Assembly: GCA_947499975.1 (NCBI GenBank)
Contig: CANMQE010000005.1
Span: 86,773 to 150,772 of the forward strand
From: an uncultured Sphingomonadaceae bacterium
GTDB taxonomy: Bacteria > Pseudomonadota > Alphaproteobacteria > Sphingomonadales > Sphingomonadaceae
DNA: 64,000 bases
Direction: 5' to 3'
Both the position numbers and the translations under genes were made by a program. The notes under the pieces were generated by a model that did no database searches, had not been told where the DNA came from, and saw only the letters and a list, made by a program, of their open reading frames with translations. Every line of letters starts with the position of its first letter. Position 1 is the stretch's first letter. Positions 18,447-26,076 of this stretch are shown in pieces.

Positions 18447-18907
18447 CGCGCGAAGGCGTATCCCAGCCGCTCTCGCAGATCGTGAACGGCAGCGGGCTGC
18501 GGTTCGTAACTGCGGCGCCACGCCCGGTCCAGCCGCTCGACCCGGCTGTAGAGCCCGATGGAGCGATCGACCAGATCGGCGATGAAGCGCGGCAGCAGCG
18601 CCATCTGCACGGCATCCGGTACGGGCTGCGCGGGCGGCAGGTGGCCATGCTGGCGAAGCTGCTCTGCAGAGATCTCGTCGGCGAAATAGGCCTTCTGGTT
18701 CAGCAGCCAGGCAATCGCGTGCATCATGCGCGTGGTGGTGCGCAGCGCTTCGCAACTGGTGGCGACGGCCCGTTCCGATTCTGTATCACCGGTGCTGGTG
18801 GCGCTTTCCACCAGGGCGAAACTGTCCCGCGCCTCTTCGGCCAGGAGGATCGCATCTTCATACAAGGCTTCGATGATCGACGGAGAGATGGTTGCGTGCT
18901 TGGTCAT
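18443..18907 (-). CDS. rcdA: DUF1465 family protein (RcdA-like protease adaptor)
   Basis: 154-aa helical protein. The family assignment is from memory of alphaproteobacterial RcdA and its usual synteny with DUF465 genes. Confidence 0.55.
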   Translation of the reverse strand: MTKHATISPSIIEALYEDAILLAEEARDSFALVESATSTGDTESERAVATSCEALRTTTRMMHAIAWLLNQKAYFADEISAEQLRQHGHLPPAQPVPDAVQMALLPRFIADLVDRSIGLYSRVERLDRAWRRSYEPQPAAVHDLRERLGYAFAR

Positions 18908-18994
18908 GGTCTGATGACATCTAACGAGGCAATTTGCCGCGCGCTACTGACAGTGTGGTTAATCCGGCCTGGAAAACAGGCTTGTCCCAGCGGG

Positions 18995-19039
18995 AAACAA
19001 AATTGCGCTGAGGGCGCGCGGGATGTCAGACGCGCTCAG
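18995..19039 (-). terminator. terminator-like hairpin after the DUF465 gene
   Basis: Minus strand reads CTGAGCGCG-tctgacatcc-CGCGCCCTCAG followed by CGCAATTTTGTTT. The hairpin overlaps the stop codon. Confidence 0.45.
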
Positions 19040-19233
19040 GCGATAATGTCGGGCGTCAAATTATCCTCGATATGGCTGATATGATCGCGGAGCCGCAGCT
19101 TGCGCTTTTTCAGCCGCGCCACTTGGAGCTGGTCCGGCCCGCCGGCCTGCACCAGTGCCTCTATCGCAATATCCAGATCGCGATGCTCCACCTGCAGGGC
19201 GGCGAGGCGTTTTCGCAATTCATCTTCTGTCAT
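19036..19233 (-). CDS. DUF465 (YdcH-like) small protein
   Basis: LQVEHRDLDIAI and ARLKKRKLRLRDHI match the DUF465 pattern. Confidence 0.8.
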   Translation of the reverse strand: MTEDELRKRLAALQVEHRDLDIAIEALVQAGGPDQLQVARLKKRKLRLRDHISHIEDNLTPDIIA

Positions 19234-19251
19234 GCTCGCCCCGATCTCTGC

Positions 19252-19299
19252 TTCTGGCCCGCAAATTGGCCCGGTAATTGGTCCGGTATTTGGCCCGGT
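19252..19299. repeat. four tandem 12-bp units (TTCTGGCCCGCA / AATTGGCCCGGT / AATTGGTCCGGT / ATTTGGCCCGGT)
   Basis: Read directly from the sequence. The array starts 19 nt upstream of the minus-strand DUF465 start codon, in the intergenic region between the two divergent DUF465 genes. Confidence 0.8.
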
Positions 19300-19486
19300 T
19301 CTCGCACCCGATAGCGGGGTAGCGCCCGCCGGGGGCGGTTCGTCGCCAAGGTGTTTGGAGATTTAGAACTATTATGGTTTGATGACAATCACGCGGCGGC
19401 TGCCGTCTGCGAGTCGAATGGCAGTTGCCGTGGGTCACCACCGCGGGCCGGGCTTTTCCGGCCCCCACTGTCTAGGAGACTGCCTC

Positions 19487-19642
19487 ATGGAAACTTCGCA
19501 CGCCCAGGCCCTTCAGCAAAAGCACCAAGGCCTCGATCGTCGACTGCGTGAAGAACTCAATCGTCCCGCTCCAGACAGTGCGAAGATACAGGCGCTCAAG
19601 AAAGAGAAACTTCGGCTCAAGGAAGCAATCTCGCTGAATTGA
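19487..19642 (+). CDS. DUF465 (YdcH-like) small protein
   Basis: ORF 19379..19642 trimmed to ATG 19487, which is preceded by AGGAGA. LQQKHQGLDRRL and IQALKKEKLRLKEAI match DUF465. Confidence 0.75.
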   Translation: METSHAQALQQKHQGLDRRLREELNRPAPDSAKIQALKKEKLRLKEAISLN

Positions 19643-19651
19643 TTTTCACTC

Positions 19652-19685
19652 TCCCCCGCCACCTGCAATGTGCGGGCGGCGGGGA
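19652..19685 (+). terminator. GC-rich hairpin after the DUF465 gene
   Basis: TCCCCGCC ... GGCGGGGA stem with inner CAC/GTG pairing, followed by a weak T tract (GGGAATTTG). Confidence 0.45.
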
Positions 19686-19728
19686 CGGGAATTTGCAAAT
19701 TACGCAATCTGCTATAGTCGGTGGATAG

Positions 19729-21999
19729 ATGACCGCCGCAGCTTCAGCTCGCCAGATACTTAACAGCCTTCACGAGGTGATGGCGTCGCGCACCCATGCG
19801 CAGGGCAAGCTGAACCAGGTGGTGGAGATCATCGCCGAGGAACTGTCGAGCGAGGTCTGCTCGATCTACCTGCTGCGTGAAGGCATGCTGGAACTGTTCG
19901 CCACGCGCGGGCTGAACCAGGCGGCCGTCCATGTCACGCGGCTGGGCGTGGGGGAGGGGCTGACCGGCACCATCGCCCAGAATATCGAGACGCTGAACCT
20001 CGACGAAGCGGCCTCGCACCCCGAATTCCAGTACCGCAGCGAAACGGGGGAGGAGAAATTCCACTCCTTCGCAGGCGTGCCCATCGTGCGGCGGGAGCGG
20101 GCTATCGGCGTGCTGACCGTGCAGCACGTCGAGCCGCGCAAATACGAAGAGATCGAGATCGAGGCCCTGCAGACCACCGCGATGGTGCTGGCCGAACTGA
20201 TCAACAACGCGGGGCTCGTCGACGGGGAGGCGCTGGACGACATGTCCAAGGCGCAGACCGGGCAGGACATCATCAGCGGGCTGAAGCTGGTGAAGGGGCT
20301 GGCCATCGGCAAGGCGGTGTTCCACCAGCCGCGCGTAACCATCGAGCAGACGGTGGCAGAAGACATCGAGGTCGAGCGCCAGCGCGTCTACCTCGCCTTC
20401 GACCGGATGCGCGAGCAGATCGACAACATGGCGACGCAGGCCGATTTCGGCGTTGGCGGAGAACAGGAACAGGTTCTCGAGACCTACAAGATGTTCGCCT
20501 ATGACGAGGGTTGGGGCCGCCGCATCAACGAGGCGATCGATTCCGGCCTCACCGCCGAAGCCGCGATCGAACGCGTGCAGCAGCGCACCCGCATGCGCAT
20601 GCGCGAGATTCAGGATCCGCTGCTGCAGGACCGGATGCACGATCTGGAGGATCTGGCCAATCGCCTGATCCGCATCGTTTCCGGCCAGTTGGGGACAGCC
20701 GCGCAGAAGGGTCTGGCACAGGATTCCATCCTGGTGGCCAAGAACCTGGGCCCCGCCGAACTGCTGGAATATGACAAGCGCCGACTGAAAGGCGTGGTGC
20801 TGGAGCAAGGATCGCTCACCGCCCACGTGGTGATCGTGGCACGCGCCATGGGCATTCCGGTGATCGGCCGCGTTTCCAACGTGCGCGGACTGGTGCGCGA
20901 TGGGGACGAGATGCTGGTGGATGGCGATGCCGGCAAGGTCACGCTGCGCCCGTCCTCCGCCGTTCTCACCGCGTTCGAGACGCGCTTTGCCCGCAGCGCA
21001 GAGAAGAAGGCATCCTACGCCAAGCTGCGCGACGTGGAGCCGTTCACCCGTGACGGGGAGCGGATCGAGGTGATGATGAACGCCGGCCTGCGCGATGACG
21101 TGGGTATGCTTTCCATGACGGGCGCTGACGGCATCGGTCTCTACCGTACGGAGTTCCAGTTCCTGGTTTCCGCGGCCCTGCCGCAGCGCGAGCGGCAGGC
21201 GCGCCTCTACCGCGAGGTGCTGGATGCAGCGAAGGGCAAGAAGGTGATCTTCCGCACCGTAGATATCGGGGGCGACAAGTCGCTGCCCTATATCTCCAGC
21301 GAAATCGCCAAGGAAGACGAGAACCCCGCCATGGGCTGGCGCGCCCTGCGCCTTGCGCTGGAGCGTGAAGGCCTGATGAAATCGCAGGCCCGTGCCTTGC
21401 TGGAAGGCGCTGCGGGGCGGGAGCTGAACGTGATGTTCCCGATGGTTTCCGAACCCTGGGAATTCGATGCCGCCAAGGCCGTGTTCGACAACCAGCTCGC
21501 CTATCTGAGGGATCGCAAGCACAAGCTGCCCACCTCCATCCGCTATGGTGTAATGCTGGAAGTGCCCTCGCTGGCCGAGGTGCTGGATCTATTGCTGCCG
21601 CGCTTGTCCTTCGTGTCCATCGGCACCAACGACCTGACCCAGTTCCTGTTCGCCGCAGATCGCGCCAACCCCGAGCTTGCGGAACGCTACGACTGGCTCA
21701 GCCCGTCGATCCTGCGCTTTCTGCGCCGCGTGGTGCTGGGATGCGTGGGTTACAAGGTGGACCTGGGCGTGTGCGGCGAGATGGGCGGCAGGCGTCTCGA
21801 GGCGCTTGCCCTGCTTGGCCTCGGCATCCGGCGCCTGTCGATCACGCCGGCAGCCGTGGGTCCGATCAAGGAATTGATTCGCAAGGTCGATACCCGTGAA
21901 ATCACGGATGCGATGAACGGCTGGCTGGCCAATCCTCCCGAAAACATGCGGGCGGCCTTGCAGGCATGGGCCGAAGAGCGAGAAATAGAAGTGGATTGA
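19729..21999 (+). CDS. ptsP: phosphoenolpyruvate-protein phosphotransferase PtsP (EI-Ntr, GAF domain)
   Basis: N-terminal GAF region, then EI motifs GSLTAHVVIVARAMGIPV, DGIGLYRTEF and SIGTNDLTQF. Confidence 0.9.
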   Translation: MTAAASARQILNSLHEVMASRTHAQGKLNQVVEIIAEELSSEVCSIYLLREGMLELFATRGLNQAAVHVTRLGVGEGLTGTIAQNIETLNLDEAASHPEFQYRSETGEEKFHSFAGVPIVRRERAIGVLTVQHVEPRKYEEIEIEALQTTAMVLAELINNAGLVDGEALDDMSKAQTGQDIISGLKLVKGLAIGKAVFHQPRVTIEQTVAEDIEVERQRVYLAFDRMREQIDNMATQADFGVGGEQEQVLETYKMFAYDEGWGRRINEAIDSGLTAEAAIERVQQRTRMRMREIQDPLLQDRMHDLEDLANRLIRIVSGQLGTAAQKGLAQDSILVAKNLGPAELLEYDKRRLKGVVLEQGSLTAHVVIVARAMGIPVIGRVSNVRGLVRDGDEMLVDGDAGKVTLRPSSAVLTAFETRFARSAEKKASYAKLRDVEPFTRDGERIEVMMNAGLRDDVGMLSMTGADGIGLYRTEFQFLVSAALPQRERQARLYREVLDAAKGKKVIFRTVDIGGDKSLPYISSEIAKEDENPAMGWRALRLALEREGLMKSQARALLEGAAGRELNVMFPMVSEPWEFDAAKAVFDNQLAYLRDRKHKLPTSIRYGVMLEVPSLAEVLDLLLPRLSFVSIGTNDLTQFLFAADRANPELAERYDWLSPSILRFLRRVVLGCVGYKVDLGVCGEMGGRRLEALALLGLGIRRLSITPAAVGPIKELIRKVDTREITDAMNGWLANPPENMRAALQAWAEEREIEVD

Positions 22000-22100
22000 C
22001 GCAGGCTTGCTCCACAATCGCTTGACTTGGCGGCGCTGGGACGATTGGTGTAAACGCTCAGCCTTCGCTCCATTTCCAGACCCCTCTTGCTTGAGCCGAC

Positions 22101-23240
22101 ATGACCGATCACGAAGACGAAAACTACGCAGACGAGATGATGGGCGGCAATGACGATGTGCCCACGGTTGGCTCGCGCCTGCGTGCCGCGCGTGAACGCA
22201 AGGGGCTGACGCTGGATCAGGTGGCAGCGGATACGCGCATCGCGCGGCGCCATCTGGAGAATATCGAGGCGGACAATTTCGACGATCTGCCGGGCCGCAC
22301 CTATGCCGTGGGCTTCACCCGCACCTATGCCAAGACCGTGGGCCTCGACGAAGAGGAGATGGTCTCGATGGTGCGCGAGGAAATGGAACTCGCCACGATA
22401 GACGAACGCTATGCCGATCATTCGCGCGGCAAGTTCGAGCCGGGCGACCCCTCCCGCGCGCCGGGCGGCGGCCTGCTGTATTTCTCCATTTTTGCAGTGA
22501 TCGTGCTGCTGGTGGGCATCTTCTTCGCCGCCCGCGCGCTGTTCTCGCCATCGGCCGAAATTCCTTCCCTGGTGGAGCAGGAACGGCAGGAACAGCAGGC
22601 TGCGGCCGCCGCACAACAAGCAGCGCAGCAGCAGCCCGCGCAGCCGGCAGGCAGTCTGCAGCCATCGGGCGAGGTGACGTTCACCGCCGAGGGAGAGACC
22701 TGGGTGCGTTTTTACGATGGCGAAGGGCGCGTGCTGCGCGAGGGCACGATGACGGAAGGCGACAGCTTCACACTCCCCGCCGACGCGCAGGACCCGCAGC
22801 TCATCACCGGCAGGCCGGACAGGCTGGCGATCACCATCGGCGGCCGTTCGGTGCGCAAGCTCTCCACCGATGTGGAAACGGTGCAGGACGTGCCGATTTC
22901 GGCAGAGGCGTTGCTGGCACGCAGCGGCGGTGTGCAGACCATTGGTTTCAGTCTGGGTACGGCAGCGCCGCAGCAGGCTGAAGCGCCTGCGACAACCAGC
23001 ACTACCACGACGCCTGCGCGAACCGCGCAGCCTGCCCCGGCCCCCACGACACGCGCCCCTGCACCAACGCCAACGCCAACGCCGACACGCACACCGACGC
23101 CGACGCCAGCTGCCACTAGCGTTGCACCGACACCGGCAGCCACCCAGCCGACGCCGGAACCCAGCCCCGCAGCCACCGCGCCGCCCCGCGCCATTCCGGC
23201 GGAACAGGACGGTGAGGACGCTTCGGCAGAAGTCCAGTAA
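22101..23240 (+). CDS. rodZ: RodZ-like HTH membrane protein with Pro/Thr-rich tail
   Basis: HTH segment VGSRLRAARERKGLTLDQVAADTRIARRHLENIE, one TM helix (LLYFSIFAVIVLLVGIFF), and a C-terminal PAPTPTPTPTRTPTPTP low-complexity region. Confidence 0.65.
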   Translation: MTDHEDENYADEMMGGNDDVPTVGSRLRAARERKGLTLDQVAADTRIARRHLENIEADNFDDLPGRTYAVGFTRTYAKTVGLDEEEMVSMVREEMELATIDERYADHSRGKFEPGDPSRAPGGGLLYFSIFAVIVLLVGIFFAARALFSPSAEIPSLVEQERQEQQAAAAAQQAAQQQPAQPAGSLQPSGEVTFTAEGETWVRFYDGEGRVLREGTMTEGDSFTLPADAQDPQLITGRPDRLAITIGGRSVRKLSTDVETVQDVPISAEALLARSGGVQTIGFSLGTAAPQQAEAPATTSTTTTPARTAQPAPAPTTRAPAPTPTPTPTRTPTPTPAATSVAPTPAATQPTPEPSPAATAPPRAIPAEQDGEDASAEVQ

Positions 23241-23369
23241 CGCCGGTACACCTATGCGGCTGAATTGCAGGCGATTGCGGATGCCGCAAAGCTGTTAATC
23301 GTCTATCTTGCCGTGATCTGGCAGGAAGAATACGTTCAAGATATTATCGAATTGAGGAGATCGCCGAGA

Positions 23370-24356
23370 ATGCTTGCAAGGTCGAAGGCGTCATTTGCCA
23401 TAACACGTGCCGCCGTCTGCGCCGGACTGGTCGCCGTGGCCGTTCCTGCGCCTGCGGTGGCGCAGTCCAGCGATCGGTTGCAGCGTATAGAGCAGCAGAT
23501 CAGCGCCCTGCAGCGCGCCGTATTTCCCGGTGGGGACGAACGTTTCTTCGAGCCGGAAATCAGGCCCGAAACGGCATTGCCGCAGGATAGCATCACGCAG
23601 GCCACCACCTCCGCCATCACCGATGTGCTGGCGCGCCTTGATGCCATCGAAGGCCAGCTCTCCCGCCTTACCGCGGCCACCGAAGTAAACCAGAACGCAC
23701 TCGCTTCCGTGGAGACGCGGCTCTCCGCACTTGAGACGGCTTCGACCGCGCCTGTTTCTTCCACCACGACAGGAGCTGCTGGCGCGCCCGTTGTCAGTTC
23801 CGGGCCGAGCGGCGTGATTGCCGTGCCCGATGACAGTCGCGGCCAAAGCGCGGCGCAGGGCAATACGGCCGCCTCCGGCGCGTCGCAGGCAGCAACCTCC
23901 GCCAGCAATGGCCCGACGCCCGAACGCCTCGAAGCAGTGCAGGCCATTGCGAAGCCTGCAACAGGCGATGCAGGCGATGACGAATATGTCTACGGCTTCC
24001 GCCTGTGGGACGCGGGCTTCTACCCCGAGGCGCAGCAGCAGCTTTCCATGTTCGTCGAGCAATATCCCGATCACTGGCGCACCACCTATGGCCGCAACCT
24101 GCTGGGCCGCGCCTTCCTGGATGCAAATCAGCCGCGCGCCGCGGCCACGCATTTCTTCGAGAACTACCAGTCCGACAATGACGGCGCCCGCGCGCCCGAT
24201 AGCCTGCTGTATCTGGCCGAAAGCATGATTCAGCTTGGCGACACCAACCGCGCCTGCATCGCGCTGGCCGAATTCGGCGATACCTATGCGGCGCTGGCGG
24301 CGGGCCGCCTTGCCGATATGTATGGCGATCTTGGTGGCCGCGTCGACTGCAATTGA
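23370..24356 (+). CDS. cpoB: Tol-Pal system protein CpoB/YbgF-like (coiled coil + TPR)
   Basis: ORF 23265..24356 trimmed to ATG 23370 (MLARSKASF..., signal peptide ending AVAQ). It has a coiled-coil N-terminal region and a C-terminal TPR (YGFRLWDAGFYPEAQQQL...). Position upstream of tilS fits known synteny. Confidence 0.65.
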   Translation: MLARSKASFAITRAAVCAGLVAVAVPAPAVAQSSDRLQRIEQQISALQRAVFPGGDERFFEPEIRPETALPQDSITQATTSAITDVLARLDAIEGQLSRLTAATEVNQNALASVETRLSALETASTAPVSSTTTGAAGAPVVSSGPSGVIAVPDDSRGQSAAQGNTAASGASQAATSASNGPTPERLEAVQAIAKPATGDAGDDEYVYGFRLWDAGFYPEAQQQLSMFVEQYPDHWRTTYGRNLLGRAFLDANQPRAAATHFFENYQSDNDGARAPDSLLYLAESMIQLGDTNRACIALAEFGDTYAALAAGRLADMYGDLGGRVDCN

Positions 24357-25293
24357 TCTGGCGCTGGTCGGGCGTTTTGCAAAGGCGCTGGACCGGCTGA
24401 AACCCGATGGTGGCAGAATTGGTCTCGCCGTTAGCGGCGGGCCGGATTCGATGGCCATGCTGCTGCTGGCGCAAGAGGCCATTCCCGGCGAATTCGAAGT
24501 GTCGACGGTCGACCACGGCCTGCGCCCCGAAGCGCGGGACGAGTGCGCGCTGGTGGCCGCGGTCTGCAAGAAGCGCGGCGTGCCCTGTGAGGTGCTGAGC
24601 GTCGAAGTGGGTGAGGGGAATACCCAGGCCAGGGCACGCGAAGCGCGCTACGCGGCCTTGCTGGGCTGGGCAGAGACGCGTGGCCTGACCGCAATCGCGA
24701 CGGCGCATCACGCCGACGATCAGGCGGAAACACTGCTGATGCGGCTCAACCGTGGCAGCGGTGTCGCAGGGCTTGCCGGTGTGCGCAGCGTAAACTGGCC
24801 CACCGGTTTCGATGCAGCGATCATCCGGCCCCTTCTGCATTTTCGGCGTGCTGAACTGGCGCAGGTCATCGAGGTATCGGGCCAGCAAGTCGTGCGCGAT
24901 CCCAGCAATGACGACTTGCGTTTCGAGCGCGTGCAGATGCGGCGCGCGCTGGCGGATTGCGAGTGGCTGGAGCCAGCATCTATCGCCCGGTCTGCCAGCA
25001 ATCTGGCGGATGCCTACGAAGCTCTGCAGGCCTACGCCGATGTGCTGTGGCCGCAGATGGTACGCCAAGCGGGAGAGGGGTACGTGCTTTCGCCCGGACC
25101 ATCGCGCGAGATGAACCGGCGCCTGCTTGCCCGCATCATGGAGAAAATGGGCGGGAAGCCGCGCGGCGGCGATGTTGCGGCACTGCTGCGCAGACTGGAG
25201 CGGGGCGAGGGCGGCAATGTTGCCGGTCTGCTTGCGACGGTGGAAGGCAGCGAGTGGATCGTCCGGCCAGAACCGCACAGACGAACGGGCTAA
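24322..25293 (+). CDS. tilS: tRNA(Ile)-lysidine synthase
   Basis: PP-loop motif LAVSGGPDSMAML, plus TAHHADDQAETLLMRLNRGSG. The start is uncertain (ATG 24322 overlaps the cpoB end). Confidence 0.85.
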   Translation: MAILVAASTAIDLALVGRFAKALDRLKPDGGRIGLAVSGGPDSMAMLLLAQEAIPGEFEVSTVDHGLRPEARDECALVAAVCKKRGVPCEVLSVEVGEGNTQARAREARYAALLGWAETRGLTAIATAHHADDQAETLLMRLNRGSGVAGLAGVRSVNWPTGFDAAIIRPLLHFRRAELAQVIEVSGQQVVRDPSNDDLRFERVQMRRALADCEWLEPASIARSASNLADAYEALQAYADVLWPQMVRQAGEGYVLSPGPSREMNRRLLARIMEKMGGKPRGGDVAALLRRLERGEGGNVAGLLATVEGSEWIVRPEPHRRTG

Positions 25294-25994
25294 CCTTCGG
25301 TCGCCAGTGAGCCGCCTACGCCCGTCATCACGCCATCGGTGATAATCACCACGTCGCCCACATCGGCGATCTCGAACAATCGCGAAGCGAACTCGTCCGG
25401 CACGCCGATGCAGCCGTGGCTGGCGTAGCCGCGCTCCACCGTGGAACCGCCGTGAACGGCGACGCCATCCCATGTCAGACGAAGTGTCCAAGGCATGGGC
25501 GCGTTGCCATATTTCTCGGAAATATTGTGCCGTTCCTTGGTCAGGATCGGGAAAGTGCCCACGGGCGTGGGGTGTTCCGGCGTGCCCAGCAGGGCAGCAG
25601 CGGCGCCGATTTCATAGCCATCGCGAAACACGCTGATGACGCGCGCCTGCAAATCCACCGTCACCACCAGCGGGCCATCGGGAATGCCCGCATCATCCCA
25701 GTGCCACTCGCCATAACGGATCGGCCCCTCGATGGGCAGGACGCGCTTGATAACGAAGGGATCGTCGGGATCGTAGGGTGGGGTTTCCTGCACCACTTCC
25801 TTCGCCACGAAGGAAATCGCCTCGTCCACCGTCTCACCGGCAGACGCGGTGCCTTGCGCCAGCGCGCTTTCGGCGGGAAGCCAGCCAGCCATCATTGCCG
25901 GTGCATCGCTGCCGCGCCCCATCGCCACCGCGCTGCCGATCAGCGCGACGACGGCCAGCGAAAGGCCTGCGATCCATTTGGAAACGGCGGTCAT
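25290..25994 (-). CDS. L,D-transpeptidase (YkuD) family protein
   Basis: Signal peptide, plus the catalytic region VAVHGGSTVERGYASHGCIGVP. Confidence 0.8.
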   Translation of the reverse strand: MTAVSKWIAGLSLAVVALIGSAVAMGRGSDAPAMMAGWLPAESALAQGTASAGETVDEAISFVAKEVVQETPPYDPDDPFVIKRVLPIEGPIRYGEWHWDDAGIPDGPLVVTVDLQARVISVFRDGYEIGAAAALLGTPEHPTPVGTFPILTKERHNISEKYGNAPMPWTLRLTWDGVAVHGGSTVERGYASHGCIGVPDEFASRLFEIADVGDVVIITDGVMTGVGGSLATEG

Positions 25995-26076
25995 GCAGGA
26001 ACAATGCTCTCATTTGCGGGCAAAATCCAGCAGGCACGAAACATTCGTCCCTGAATGGAACGCCGCATGCCGCGCC

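Noticed and set aside
19744-21522. 592-aa ORF antisense to ptsP
   Set aside because: Same high-GC antisense artefact. The ptsP translation carries unambiguous EI motifs.
23040-23110. Hexamer DNA repeats (CCAACG/CCGACG) as a possible repeat element
   Set aside because: They lie in frame inside the rodZ-like gene and encode a Pro-Thr linker. This is coding low complexity, not a mobile or CRISPR-like repeat.
23794-25491. 565-aa ORF antisense to cpoB/tilS
   Set aside because: Low-complexity Arg-rich translation. It spans two well-supported sense genes.
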